Shown here: positions 11,341-23,687 of the stretch, piece after piece
Numbering within the stretch: the stretch's first letter is position 1
Layout of the letters: every line of letters begins with the position of its first letter
From: Hamiltosporidium tvaerminnensis FI-OER-3-3
Taxonomy: Eukaryota; Fungi; Microsporidia
Assembly (NCBI GenBank): GCA_022605425.2
Contig: CM061247.1
Location: forward strand, 310,001-374,000
Length of the DNA: 64,000 nt
Direction of reading: 5' to 3'
Made by a program: the position numbers and the translations under genes
The notes under the pieces: generated by a model
What the model was told of the DNA's origin: nothing
The model's database searches: none
The model's input: only the letters and a program-made list of their open reading frames with translations

Positions 11341-12978
11341 ATGTTTATCTTTAAAAAAGTAATAAACACAAAGAATATTTTTACAACAAAAAAAGAGAAA
11401 ATACACTCAACCAATAAATATGATATTTACCATTCCACTATAAATAATCAAGAATGTTCAATATTTGAATATAAAAAAGAAAAAAATTATAAAAATAAAA
11501 TTCAAGAAAATGGAAAAGCATGTAAAAAACAGAATAAAGAATTTATTGATAAAATAAAAAAAGCAAGTGATTTACTTAAAAATATAAAGCATATAAATAT
11601 TATTGATGTGATTAAAGTAAGTGAAAGTAAAGAAAATATAATTTTATATTCAAAAAAAGTTATTCCGTTTCTATTTATTTATACAAATGAATTAAATGAG
11701 TTTAATAATTATGTTTTGTATAAAATAGGGCTTGTACTTGATTTTTTACATGAGAAATGTAAAATATCACATAATAATATAATTATAGAAAGTCTTTATG
11801 TTGATTTCAATGGAAATATAATTTTAGGCGATTTTGAAGAATTTAGTGGTGCAGAAATATGTTCTATGAATGACGATTATATGTTTAAAGAATTGGTATA
11901 TAAAATTAAAAAATCTGAAAATATTAAAAATAACGAATTTTCTATAAAAGGATATTTAAATATTAATGAAGAAAGATTTGATAAAAATTTTTATAAAAAA
12001 TTTGAAATGAATTTTATTAAATTAAATATTTTAAAAGAATTTGAGAAATATGAGTTTATTGATTGGATAATACAAAATATTAATGAGTTGATAGAAATAT
12101 ATAAAAAGATAATAATTAATTTTTTTGTAAATGAGTTATTTAAAGAATATAAAGTAGAATATAAAATGAGGGTAATTAAATTTGTATTTGAATTAAAAAT
12201 TATAGAATATGAAGAATATATTGAACAAATATTTTCTGTATTAGATAGTAATATAAGATTATTTATATTAAAAAATGTGGATGGAAGACAAATAAAGAAT
12301 TGGACTTCGAATACAATTAATAATATTTCTTTAGGGATTAAATGTAACGATAATAATTTAAGAAGGGAAAGTATAAATTTTATTGGGAAAATTCTTTATA
12401 ATTTAAATGATAAAAATATTAAAGTTGTTTTAAAAGCTATGTCATGTGTAACAGATAAAGAAATAATGAAATATATTCTTCAGTTTTTAAATGAAAATAT
12501 AGATATTTTGAAGAGTAGAAATGAAGATATTTTGAAAGATATTTATAAACTTGTAATGACGTATATTTCATGTGAAGAAGTAAGAAAAGAACTTTTAGTA
12601 ACAATTGAAATTTATTTTAAATATTTCAAACTTCGTAAAATTTATATTGAACTTTTGCCAATAATATGTACAATGTTGGGTGATGAAGCCATTCAAGATT
12701 CGGTATTTGATTTGATAGAAAATATATTAAAATTTATGAAAGAAAATAAAAAAGAATTATTGGTTAAAAATTGGAATGTAAAATCTATAAAAGGCTTCTT
12801 TGGGTTTATGAAAGGTAATAAAGAGGAAAAATCTTCTAAAAATTTAACTGTAATAAATAAAAAAGTTATTGATGAGGGAATATTAGAAAAGAAAGTTGCA
12901 AATATCTCATTTCAAGATAAAGAAAAATATAATGAAGAAGATGAGGATATATCAAATGAATGGAATGAAGAATGGTGA
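11341..12978 (+). CDS. SCY1-like (SCYL1/Cex1-type) pseudokinase with HEAT-like repeats
   Basis: Degenerate kinase motifs KHINIIDV, FLHEKCKISHNNI..ESLYVD..G.IILGDF, followed by a helical region and an acidic tail ending EWNEEW. Confidence 0.7.
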   Translation: MFIFKKVINTKNIFTTKKEKIHSTNKYDIYHSTINNQECSIFEYKKEKNYKNKIQENGKACKKQNKEFIDKIKKASDLLKNIKHINIIDVIKVSESKENIILYSKKVIPFLFIYTNELNEFNNYVLYKIGLVLDFLHEKCKISHNNIIIESLYVDFNGNIILGDFEEFSGAEICSMNDDYMFKELVYKIKKSENIKNNEFSIKGYLNINEERFDKNFYKKFEMNFIKLNILKEFEKYEFIDWIIQNINELIEIYKKIIINFFVNELFKEYKVEYKMRVIKFVFELKIIEYEEYIEQIFSVLDSNIRLFILKNVDGRQIKNWTSNTINNISLGIKCNDNNLRRESINFIGKILYNLNDKNIKVVLKAMSCVTDKEIMKYILQFLNENIDILKSRNEDILKDIYKLVMTYISCEEVRKELLVTIEIYFKYFKLRKIYIELLPIICTMLGDEAIQDSVFDLIENILKFMKENKKELLVKNWNVKSIKGFFGFMKGNKEEKSSKNLTVINKKVIDEGILEKKVANISFQDKEKYNEEDEDISNEWNEEW

Positions 12979-15361
12979 TTCTTTACAAATGTTTTTTCAA
13001 ATAGATATTATATACGTATTGGACAAATATTTTTGTTTTAGGAAATCAAGATATAGTTTTCACAAAATATTTCACATTAAATTAAATTTATAAATAAATT
13101 TTTTATTTTTAATCTAAACTTTTTGTCAAATTTTTTAGATCACTCTTAGCAAATCATAAAAATATTCAATGATGGACAATTTTTATTGGTAGTTGGATCT
13201 AAAACATTTTAATATTCTTTTTTTTATTTAACTCATTCTTTAAGAAGATTTTTTTTTCTAATTTCGCGCAAATACATTGAATTAATAAGTTTGGTATTTT
13301 TTTGATTATCATTTTCTTCTTGGGAACATTTTTTTTAACGATTACATAGATCGCATGTGAATATTACCACTTTACACAAAACAATAGCTGTCCCTCTCTT
13401 ATTTTGTCTTGCCTCCAATCTAATTATGAATGAAAAAATGATTTCTACTATCTTTCTCTGCCATATGACTGCATATATGTCTCTATTCTTACTGGTATTA
13501 AGAGCTTTTTGAATTAAAATACATGATATTTTATGATGAATCCATGCCAATTTATAGATATGAAATTCACTCGATATTAAACTTGGCTGTTCAGCTTAAA
13601 AAATTGTATTTTCATTATTTTGTTTAAACGATTTGAAACGATATTGCAACGTAATTATATTTTTAATTAAAATATTATATTAAACTTAGAATTAAACACA
13701 AATAAATTCCTTTGGTATTTCTATTTTAAATTCGTTTTTTCAAGTAACTACTTGTTTAAAAAATACTCGGACCTAAGAATTTCTTAAACAGAAGGACTAG
13801 ACATTGTTTTAAAGACTAAAATTTTTATTTTTAAGTGATCTGGATAGAAATAACGATTTAATCAATTCTAAAATCTAGTATGGTGTGTTTAATGTTTTTT
13901 AAAATCTAAAATCTTTTTAAATTTCTAGATTTCTATTATATTGCTATTTTTATTTTACGAAACAAAATTAATTTTTATATAAAATAGCATGTTTTTGTCA
14001 AGTTGCATCTGTTTGTATTTTTATACCATTTAAAATGCGATATTACCTATAAATATATTATTTATGATTTAACTTTAACTTTTAAATTCGTAACTTAAAT
14101 ATTTACAAAGGTTTCTATCGGGATTTTCATTTATATCTAAGTTTAAGGCGAAATAAATATTTTTATTGGTGCAAGATGCGAGTTATTAATATTCCTCGAG
14201 TTATTAATACTCCTCGTTTTTCAGGTGTGTCTTTTTAGGCTGATATTTCTTTGTCATTCTAGATATTTTAAAATTTCAAAAAAATAATTGCTTCACAATT
14301 AGATAACTTCTATGTTTATACTGTAATTTCACTTTTTATTCATTTGGATATTTTTTTCTAAATTAATTCAATAGTCCATAAAAATAATCCTAAAAAAAAA
14401 TTAAATATATGATTTACTATATTTAAACATTAGTTTAATACTGTTGGGTTTATATAATTTAAAGTTTTCAGGCCTATTTTGTTATTTTGTGGAGTAAGAT
14501 GATTCATTAAAAGCTAATTTAGTTCACGATAATGATACATTAATATAAATATTACAAAAGTACATAAGCACATATACCTTTATAGTAGTCTAATTTGATA
14601 AAAAAAGTATCAGAAGTACAAGTTTTGGCATATAAAATTTCAAGGCTAAAAATACATAAGCTTTGGTTAAATTTATTACTAGTTAACCATTATATTTAAA
14701 AAATGAAAAACGGTATCTAAGAAAAGCGATTCATGGTAAATAAATCTAAAACCAACGATTAAAAAAACAAAGACTAGGCTTATATCATTATAATTCTAGT
14801 ATAAACATAAACTGGATTAAAAGTAGAAGCAATTGGTTTTATAAATATGCGTTTCGGGTATTGTTGTTCAATATATCTTAAAATAAAAATCCAAAGCCTC
14901 GAGATAAGCTCATATTTTGCCATATCAAAAGACCTAAGATATTTCATAGTTCGAATAAGATGTATTAAAACTATTGCCCGTCAGCCGGAATATTACTTGG
15001 TTTTGACCCTTCACGATTTTTCTTATTATAAGTATTTTTTTTAGATAATTTACTAAAAATATAAATAAAATTACAACCATAGATAATTTTATTATGAATT
15101 CGTATAATAAAATTCCATATTTTAACATTTTTCCAATCCTTAAATCATATTTTCTGTTATTTTATACTAAAAAAAACGAACTAAAACAACAAAAAATATT
15201 GAGCGTAATTTTTTAATAAATAATTATTTGTTGAGATTTATTACAAATGATTTATTGACATTTTGGGTTGAATTTAGAATAAGAAATTACCAAAAATGAT
15301 TTCAAAAAATGCTTATTCTTTACTTACTTATTTCATTCAAATTTTACCTCTCGATGTAGAG

Positions 15362-16136
15362 CCCCGGTCTCTAAACTTTTTAGCTCTCGGGCCACATTAA
15401 CTTCTAAAAAAATTCCCGCAGGCCAAAAACTCACATCTTTTTATGCTATCATACTGAAAAATATCTCTGCTATTTTAATTATTCTTATTTTTAATTCAGA
15501 TATTTAAAGTTTCATATAGATGTTCATAAAAATAAACATGTATATTAACGCTATTCTCTATAAAAATAGGCAAATAAATTACTGAAACTTCATAAGAGCC
15601 TTCTAGTCACGCAATTCAATCATTTTCATGAATTTTCTCGAGGTTTTATTTCCACTTCTAGCTTGATTTATTTGTGCGAAGAAACATTTTCTAAAGTGAA
15701 ATATACAAAAATCCATTTACAAATCTAAATTTAAGACAATCACTCGAAGTCGTTTCTGGTAAATTCTACTAGTAAATTTAACCCAAAATATAACAAATTA
15801 TCACTGAAAAATCTCAACTACATCAATCTCATCAATAATATATTATGTAATATACTTTTTGTTATTTCGTTTTGATTTTTTAGAGTATAAAATAGTATAA
15901 AAATAATTGCTGGTTTAAAAAAAATGATGAAAACTTTATGAATCTTCTTTGTATCACAAATTCATGCCTAAATTATCTATAATTGCAATACTTTTTGTAT
16001 GATTTATCTATATTTTTATATTTTATTTCCTTATTTAAAAGAAAAATCAATTAATAAATAAAATTGAGGCGGGCCAGAAAAATATAACCGCGGGCCGGAT
16101 GAAAAGTGTCCACAGGCCGTAGTTTGAATATCCCCG
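15362..16136. mobile_element. hAT (Charlie/SPIN-like) non-autonomous MITE
   Basis: Degenerate TIRs ccccggtctctaaact / agtttgaatatccccg and subterminal (gc)gggcc repeats at both ends. 8-bp TSD atgtagag (15354-15361) / atgcagag (16137-16144). Confidence 0.65.
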
Positions 16137-16271
16137 ATGCAGAGGATGAACAAATATAGGTTTCTGATTGATTCTGTTGTTTTTTGTAACTCTTGATTTT
16201 AAAGGAACGGCTTATATATTCAGTGTAGTTTAAATCTCACTAAAATGTCAACAATTATTTTCAAACGATTC

Positions 16272-16320
16272 TGCCCACTCGTTGCCAAGCAGATGGTTTT
16301 TAATGTGGTTATCCTTCCTT
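16272..16320 (-). repeat. Family A terminal fragment
   Basis: ctcgttgccaagcagatggtttttaatgtggttatcc matches 8727-8763. Confidence 0.7.
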
Positions 16321-17793
16321 TAGTTATCTGTTAATTTAGATTTATAAATATTTTATTGTGAATTTCTTTTAGAGAATGATTTTTCCACATCTAAGTTGTC
16401 TCAAAAGCGAAAATAGTACTTCGAGCAATTTAATGAACGTTATTGATTTGCGTAGGGAAATGACTCTTATAAAATTCCTGCAATCACTTTGAATATTTTC
16501 TTTTTAAAATATTTTTATGATACATTTTTATTTTTTTAAAATCCATGTGAAATTTCCATCACATCACCAAAATATTATCAATAAACATTGACTGTATACT
16601 TTTCATCACTTTAATATCAAATACAAGAAGGTTTGACTCTCAAGACTTTTTATATAAATCAATACAGCCTGCGAGCTTAAAATTTTGACGAGTTTTGATA
16701 CAAAGAACGAAGAAACCGGAGAAAAGCTATAAAATCTAGATTGATTAATTTATTATATAAAAATGATAAAATTTCAAATAAAGCTTAACCATGGTGTTTT
16801 AATTAGAAAGTTTGTAATTCAACATTAGTTGCAAAGACTTTTTATTATAAAAAATTCTTGATTGAGATATAAATATTTCAAAGTTTTTTTCAAGGAGAAT
16901 TAAACCAAATATTTAATCCTCTTTTAAAATAAGATATTACTCTTGAGTTTCTTCATATTTTTTGATACTTTCAAATTCGTCTGCTTCACAAAAATATTTT
17001 ATCGTAAATTATCTAAATAGCTATAAAATACTACACGAAAAAAGATCGTTACCGATTTTACGAAAGGTTCTTGGGTTTCCAATAAATACTTGATACTATG
17101 AAAACAATAGTGCCTTTATTCTTGTTATATACTTAAACTATTAAAGATATTCATATATGATAATAATTTATAATTTTGATAAGTTAAAAATCTTTTAAAC
17201 AAACTTTTTTATAGTTTTCAGTAGGTTTCTCGAGCTCTTTAATACATTTATGTCATTTTGTAAGTTTTTTTGGTAGATAACCTTTATATTTAGGAAAAGG
17301 CTTGATAACGATATGTATCTCTAACCTGTATTCATATAAAAGAATATTAATTTATCCGAAGAGAATATATAAAAACCACAACTACCTTATTCACATTATA
17401 TTAATAAATTTTATAACGCCTTAACATAATAACTCATATTTAGTGTATAAACATCGTCTTAGAATCTATATAATTTTATTGAGCGAAAAAGTATCATATC
17501 TCGATAAAATTATGGAAATTATATTTTCTATAAGTCCCAATCGGAATATTTCTTCAAACACGAAATATATTTTAAAAACTAACTATCTATAATTTAAATG
17601 CTATATTTGCTGCATTACTTACAAGATAATTATAACGAGGATTATATAAAAGATTAAATTATTTTCTCTAGGTTTATAGCATGAGTCTATCAGAATAATT
17701 TTGGATGTTTTTAGAATTTTATATATAATTTTTAACAATTTTTATTCAATAAAAAAGAGTATAAAATATTAAAAATTAAGAGGAAAAAATCAT

Positions 17794-19116
17794 TTATAAA
17801 AAACGAAATATTCCGTTATTGTCAGATTCATTCGTATAATCTAACCAGTTTGGAATATCAGTAAACCGATTTAATGCAAACAACGGAACCAAGGAATCAT
17901 AATCTTCCTGATTATTAAGATAATCTCTATATAATGATATTTGTCTTTTGTTATAACATAGAATATTGAAAACTTCACTTACCGGAGGCAATCCATCTGC
18001 GATTAGATTCGAAGGAAAACTCTTTGAAGCATTAAAAAACAATTTATAATTTCTTTCTGATTTAGTTTTGAAATGTAACGAACAAAGTTTATATTTTACC
18101 GGATAATTATTAGATAGAAATGTGTATGTAGTTTGATGTTCTATATAACTTTCAAAATAAGGACCTGTACAATATGAACATTCTTTTACCGACATAATAT
18201 GGTTTCTAAGATTCGAATCTATGTATTTATAAATTGGCAAATTGCTTATAAACATTCTTCTTGAGCAAATTTCTTTCAACGAAAAAAAATTGTTTTTCTT
18301 GATTGTTTTTACAGGTGTTTTTTCTGTAAAGTCACACCATGAACAATCTAATTCAGATAAATTTGGTAATTGTAAAATTTCTATCGGTATATATTTAATA
18401 TAATTTCTTGAAATATTTAAATATCTTAATGAAACCAATCTTCCGATTGTTTCTGGTAATTCAAAAAATTTGTTACAATCTAAATGTAATGTTTCCAATT
18501 TTTTTAGAGCTACAATTGTATTTGGTAGTGAACTTAATTCATTTTGTGATAAGTTCAATTCTCTTAAATTAACTAAATGCCCTATCTCATCTGGTAATTT
18601 ATTTATTTTATTTCTTGCTAAAATCAATATTTGTAAATTATGTAATTTTCCTATCGCAGAAGGAATCGTTTCTAAATAATTGCAACAAACTTGAAAAATT
18701 TTTATATTTTCTAAGTATTGAATTTCATCAGACAATTCAATGAGAAATCTTCGACATAAATAAATCTGTTGACCAATATTTTTTTTATCAGAAACAATAT
18801 GTTTAACGTAACAATTTTTTCTCAACGCATCTCTATAAGTTGACTCAAAACTCTCAAATAAATTTTCTCCACAAACCTTCTCATAATCTAAAAATGATTT
18901 ACGAGGAGACACATTTAAATTATTTTGAATTATCTTGTTTACCTTTGCCATTTTAGATGCAAAGTTTAATTTCGGATATGGATTATATTCTATAGTTTGC
19001 AAGTCATATGGAAACAAATGATCATCTATATTGTAAAAACGCAGTATATCGGGTGTATGAGAATTGGATTTGCCCAAACATATTTTCTTTAGGTGGTTAC
19101 TCTGTGAATTTCCCAT
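17794..19116 (-). CDS. Leucine-rich repeat protein with an N-myristoylation-like start and a Cys-containing C-terminal region
   Basis: About 6 LxxLxLxxNxLxxLP repeats. N-terminus MGNSQS. C-terminal SLKEICSRR and CSYC...LCSLH, an LRRC58-like arrangement. Confidence 0.85.
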   Translation of the reverse strand: MGNSQSNHLKKICLGKSNSHTPDILRFYNIDDHLFPYDLQTIEYNPYPKLNFASKMAKVNKIIQNNLNVSPRKSFLDYEKVCGENLFESFESTYRDALRKNCYVKHIVSDKKNIGQQIYLCRRFLIELSDEIQYLENIKIFQVCCNYLETIPSAIGKLHNLQILILARNKINKLPDEIGHLVNLRELNLSQNELSSLPNTIVALKKLETLHLDCNKFFELPETIGRLVSLRYLNISRNYIKYIPIEILQLPNLSELDCSWCDFTEKTPVKTIKKNNFFSLKEICSRRMFISNLPIYKYIDSNLRNHIMSVKECSYCTGPYFESYIEHQTTYTFLSNNYPVKYKLCSLHFKTKSERNYKLFFNASKSFPSNLIADGLPPVSEVFNILCYNKRQISLYRDYLNNQEDYDSLVPLFALNRFTDIPNWLDYTNESDNNGIFRFL

Positions 19117-19790
19117 TCTACTGAAATAAAAGATTTTAATATATTCTAATGAGTTTTAGATTAGATAATACATCACGTTTTGATTGGTTTTTATAAAAAT
19201 CTTACGTTAAGAGCACAAGTTTAAACCACAAAAAAACAATTTGATAATATTAATTTACGGTTTGAATTTGAGCAAAAATTGTTTCATTAAAGATTTTAGA
19301 ATTCATATTTAAGTTATTTATCAAACATAATTCATGAAGTCAAATGTTTTTAAAAGAGATTAAACAATAGATTCATTTTCTTTGTATAAAGATTTTACTT
19401 GTGATGTCCTTTGCTTTATTATACGTCATTTCTTATTCACAATACATGGTTATTTAGTTTGATTGTCTTCTCTATTTTGAATCAATGCTTGAATTTTTAT
19501 AAGTCTATTCGCACTAAGGGTTTCATATCCAGCTGGGTTGGTTACTAAAAGTCAAATCAGATTTTGTATGTGTTTTTAATGGAATGAATTACAATCACGC
19601 TGGTATTTTTATAAAACCGCTGTATATCTTTGTTGCTCTTTTGAATTAGCACAGATTCAAACACAAATTACCAATAAAATTTATTTTTGAGTATTTCTTA
19701 AATGGAAACATCAAACGTAACTTTATTCATCAAAAATGAAATTTCAAATCGATTTTTAAATAATTTTTTTAAATTTTTCATTTGCTTCCC

Positions 19791-20573
19791 ATGGATAAAA
19801 AATATGAAACCGAGGACAAAGAAAATATTATTGAACACAACAAAATTCCTACGGGAAATCCATTTAGTCTTTTTAAAAATTATATCAATGAAAGTAAAGT
19901 AGCATTTGCTCCGATAACAAAAAATACCACAATAAAAATTGATGACGAGCAATTTTTTGAAATTCTCAAAAAGAAAAATATTGAATCAAAGCCAAATATT
20001 AAGGAAGAAGTTCATAAACCAATTCTAGACAATTTCAATATTATAATTGAAGAAAAAATGGACATAAAAATGATAAAATATTATAAATTTCCATTTTCTG
20101 ATCAAATTAAAGTTTCAGACACACAACTATTTGCACAACTTTATGCCGAATGGAAAATCGCTTTTAAAAATGTATTTTCTAACTACAGAAAGTATTCAAA
20201 TTCATTCGTTATGAAATTTGATTCCGAATTTTTAATATTTGACACATTTTTACAAACAACTTTGGGAATGAAAAAATATTTTATAAAAAATGATATAAAA
20301 TTTGAACAAATACAAAACCGTTTGAAAATATTATCTCCTACTGATATTCTACTTGTATATGATTTTATAATAAATATAGAAGTAAATCAACTTGATAATT
20401 TGCCATTTATTATCTCCAAACACGAATATTATAATTCTACTGTCTATGAAACGACTATAACCACACTCAAACCAATAAAAAAAGCCGAAAATATTTTTTT
20501 TACTTATAAAATCAATGGATATTTTCTATATGAAGATTTTAAAGAATATATAAATAAACAAATCAAATTTTAA
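19791..20573 (+). CDS. Probable DONSON-family replication protein (divergent)
   Basis: True start is likely the ATG at 19791, after CCC. Ordered motifs WKIAFKNVF..YR, TTLGMKKYF...DIKF, LPFIISKHEYYNS and YKINGYF recall DONSON blocks; this is recognition from memory, not a search. Confidence 0.55.
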   Translation: MDKKYETEDKENIIEHNKIPTGNPFSLFKNYINESKVAFAPITKNTTIKIDDEQFFEILKKKNIESKPNIKEEVHKPILDNFNIIIEEKMDIKMIKYYKFPFSDQIKVSDTQLFAQLYAEWKIAFKNVFSNYRKYSNSFVMKFDSEFLIFDTFLQTTLGMKKYFIKNDIKFEQIQNRLKILSPTDILLVYDFIINIEVNQLDNLPFIISKHEYYNSTVYETTITTLKPIKKAENIFFTYKINGYFLYEDFKEYINKQIKF

Positions 20574-20951
20574 AATAAAAAAACAACTTTTTTTGAATCA
20601 GAATTCGTTTTTTAAATTTTAAAATAAAAAAACCAACCTTTTTTTTTGATTCAGAATTCGTTTTTTAAATTTCAAAAATAGCAGTTTTCTAAATATTAAA
20701 AGCTTCAACTTAAAAATTAAATCTATAAAAATTTTTCTTCTATTGACTGGTCAGAAATAAAAAGTTTGTTTACTCTATTTTAATCCATGGATTTGGTTAA
20801 ATAAATTCTTTAATATTTTTTTTCGACAATAAGTAGTTTGTCTGAATAAAAAAAACTAAAATTTTTAAAAATATCGTTTTTCTATTGTCTTTAAATTTAA
20901 ACGCAAAAATATTTTACAGAACAAAAAAATGAATGAAAATTTTATTACATC

Positions 20952-21800
20952 TTAATAAGAATCAGAATCTTTAATTTGATTTTCATCAACACTTCTACCA
21001 AATTTGTATGGTGGCCATTCACTACAAGGATAAGTTTTTTCATAAAAAATACCATTTTGTTTTTCACCGCACAAAAATAAAAATTTAGGCTTTCCAAGTA
21101 CATCCTTAATATTTTTATATGCACCACGATCATAAGGATTGTCATTTATGTCCATTCCGTATTTTTTCAAATCTGAATATCTTAATTTCTCAATGTATGT
21201 AATATTTTTGGTTGCATTTCTAAATGTAAAAATGAAAAAGAAAGTCAAAAGAAATGAAAGTGAAAACGACAAAAGCAAAGAAAAAACCATTCCCGTATAA
21301 AATATTCCAAATTGAAATTTTTTTTCATTTATTTTTCGTACAAATATACACATCAAATAACCAAAAAGTAAAATATTTGAAGAAGCACCAAAAAATAAAA
21401 ATCGAATAAAATATCCTAAGTTGTCATGATTTACGCATGCACCGATCCATGGACAATGGTGATCCATTTTTTTTATACATTTTTGACATCTACTGCAATG
21501 ATGTGCCCTTTCTGGCTTAAAAAGATCACATCTTCTACAAAATTTTCCATTTCTTGTTATATCTCCACCAAGTAAATATAATTCAGATTCAGACATTTTT
21601 ATTACAAATCCTTTGTTTATATGCGCCAAACATAGATAGATATATATCATTGTACACGACACATTAAAAATTGTAATATATGTTATTTTTGCTTTGTTCC
21701 AATTATCGGGCAATAAATATATTACTTGTGTCAAAATATGTAAATAAAAACACAAAATAAATGTAGATGTTGATTTTATTCTGTCTTCTAGTGTTTTCAT
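20952..21800 (-). CDS. DHHC palmitoyltransferase (Pfa3/Pfa4-like)
   Basis: C..C...KPERAHHCSRCQKCIKKMDHHCPWIGACV...N, four TM segments, TYIE (TTxE-like) and NPYDRG..N motifs. Confidence 0.95.
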   Translation of the reverse strand: MKTLEDRIKSTSTFILCFYLHILTQVIYLLPDNWNKAKITYITIFNVSCTMIYIYLCLAHINKGFVIKMSESELYLLGGDITRNGKFCRRCDLFKPERAHHCSRCQKCIKKMDHHCPWIGACVNHDNLGYFIRFLFFGASSNILLFGYLMCIFVRKINEKKFQFGIFYTGMVFSLLLSFSLSFLLTFFFIFTFRNATKNITYIEKLRYSDLKKYGMDINDNPYDRGAYKNIKDVLGKPKFLFLCGEKQNGIFYEKTYPCSEWPPYKFGRSVDENQIKDSDSY

Positions 21801-22189
21801 GTTAATAAAACAAATGTTTTTTTTTAAAAAGGGAAATTTAAAATTAAAAACAAAAAAATATTATTTTCTTGGTAAATTAGTGAATATAAAATCGAAACTG
21901 TTTTTACAAGTTAATAAACTAAAATTATGTAGTATTTTCAATACAAATGCTCTTATATAAGAATTTATACTTTTAAATCGATAGTTTTAGACTTCTTGCG
22001 AAGAAAAAGTAAGAATTGCTGTAATTAAAGATAAGTACAGTATTTTTACCGAAATAAAATTAAAATTAACACGAACAAATCAGTTAAAAATAATACGTAT
22101 TGTTGAAATACTGTTACTTCTCTGGAATAATAACCGTAATAAATACTTGAAAATAATAAAATTCAGTAAAAGAAACCCGACAATAGTTT

Positions 22190-23500
22190 ATACCCTATAG
22201 GAATAACCAAATTAATATTAAGAGTAGGAAAATTAGCGGAAAAGAACAATTACAAGGACTGAATATTTTGCAATTAATCAATACGCGAATTTCCTATTGA
22301 CCACTATAAAAGTGTTCTGAATAAATCAGCTGGCTTATTCGAACTAGATGATATGGCGCGTGTTTTGTAGGTGAAAAAAACAAGTATACTTAAAACCGGG
22401 ATAGATGCAGCCAGAATGTATCTAGATTTTAACTTCTAAGAAGCATTCATAGTTACAAGTTATGAGCAAAAATTTGTTTTTGAAACTCTTAGATTGTCTG
22501 AAAAAATGGAAATATTTTCCGAAGAGTATCAATTCTAAGCATTAAGAATAATTGAAAAAAAAACCTTTTCAAATGTAAAATATGATCGAAAGAGGTCCCT
22601 ATATAACTCTAGAAAATCTCAACTCGAAAATTTAAAGGCGAAATAGAAAAACAGAACCACAATTTTAAATTACATAAACCTCGAAATATTTTTTTTAAAA
22701 TTATTAAAGGCATTAAGATGATCACAGAAAAGGATCCAAGCCATGCGATGAAATAGAGTTCTGCATGGTTAGATTGAAAAAATATTTTGGATTGCAAAAA
22801 AAAGCAAATATTTCCGATCTTCTGAAAAGTCGATAGAGCATTTAGCGACTCACTGTGAAAGAAATACTTGAACCGTACATACTAAATACAAATAAAGTTA
22901 TTAGATGTCTGGATTTACATTAGATAGGAACATCTGACATAACTCCATAAACAATAATAGAAGCATCTTTCATCATTGTTTTTGAAGTATGTTTTCAGAA
23001 ATGCGAGCGAGCACCAAAATATGAAAAGCTTATGGCAAATTCGTTCTATTGTCCTATAATTTTATTATGACTAGTGATCTAATAGGATAAAGCATGTTGA
23101 GTATTAAACTGTTTCATAAGATTCGTTTCAAATTCTCAAAAAAGAAATAGTAAGAGTGTAAGACGACTGTATGTAAAAATTTTGATTCTATTTTGAGATG
23201 TTATGTTAAAATAATATTACATGTAATAGCTAGGAAAGATAATATAACAAAATAACGGGAAACAAATCTTAGCAGCTCGGGATATCATAAAAATAGAGAG
23301 ATATACGGAGTATTTACTCAAAGAATCGACTGAAACCATTTGGTTTGATTTAGAAGAAAGTTGAGATTGGTATCGAATGCTGGTCATTGTAGAAACGCTT
23401 CATTCAAGACCATAGACAAAATATAGAGACATGAAAAACCTATAAAAGACACATATACATCAAGAATTAAGACGATGTTAGACAAGCGATTGCAAAAATT
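22190..23500 (+). pseudogene. Highly decayed RTE-like reverse transcriptase relic
   Basis: Traces of IPI..K..NY.G, a KTG..Q.C.L...FN-like segment (~22390) and a C-terminal RKLRL..GH-like segment (~23355), with many stops. Confidence 0.35.
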
Positions 23501-23687
23501 TTAAAATATTAAAATATGGATAGACAAACATAATTAACATAGTACCTTAGAATATAAAGTAAAATAAAATAATAAAAAACTTTCTAAATTATATTGGGAA
23601 AAAATAGCTTAAAACTAATCCGCAAGGATTAATTGGAATAAAATAATTAAAATTAAAAATGTTTTTATGTATTGTTTCTTAGTTTTA

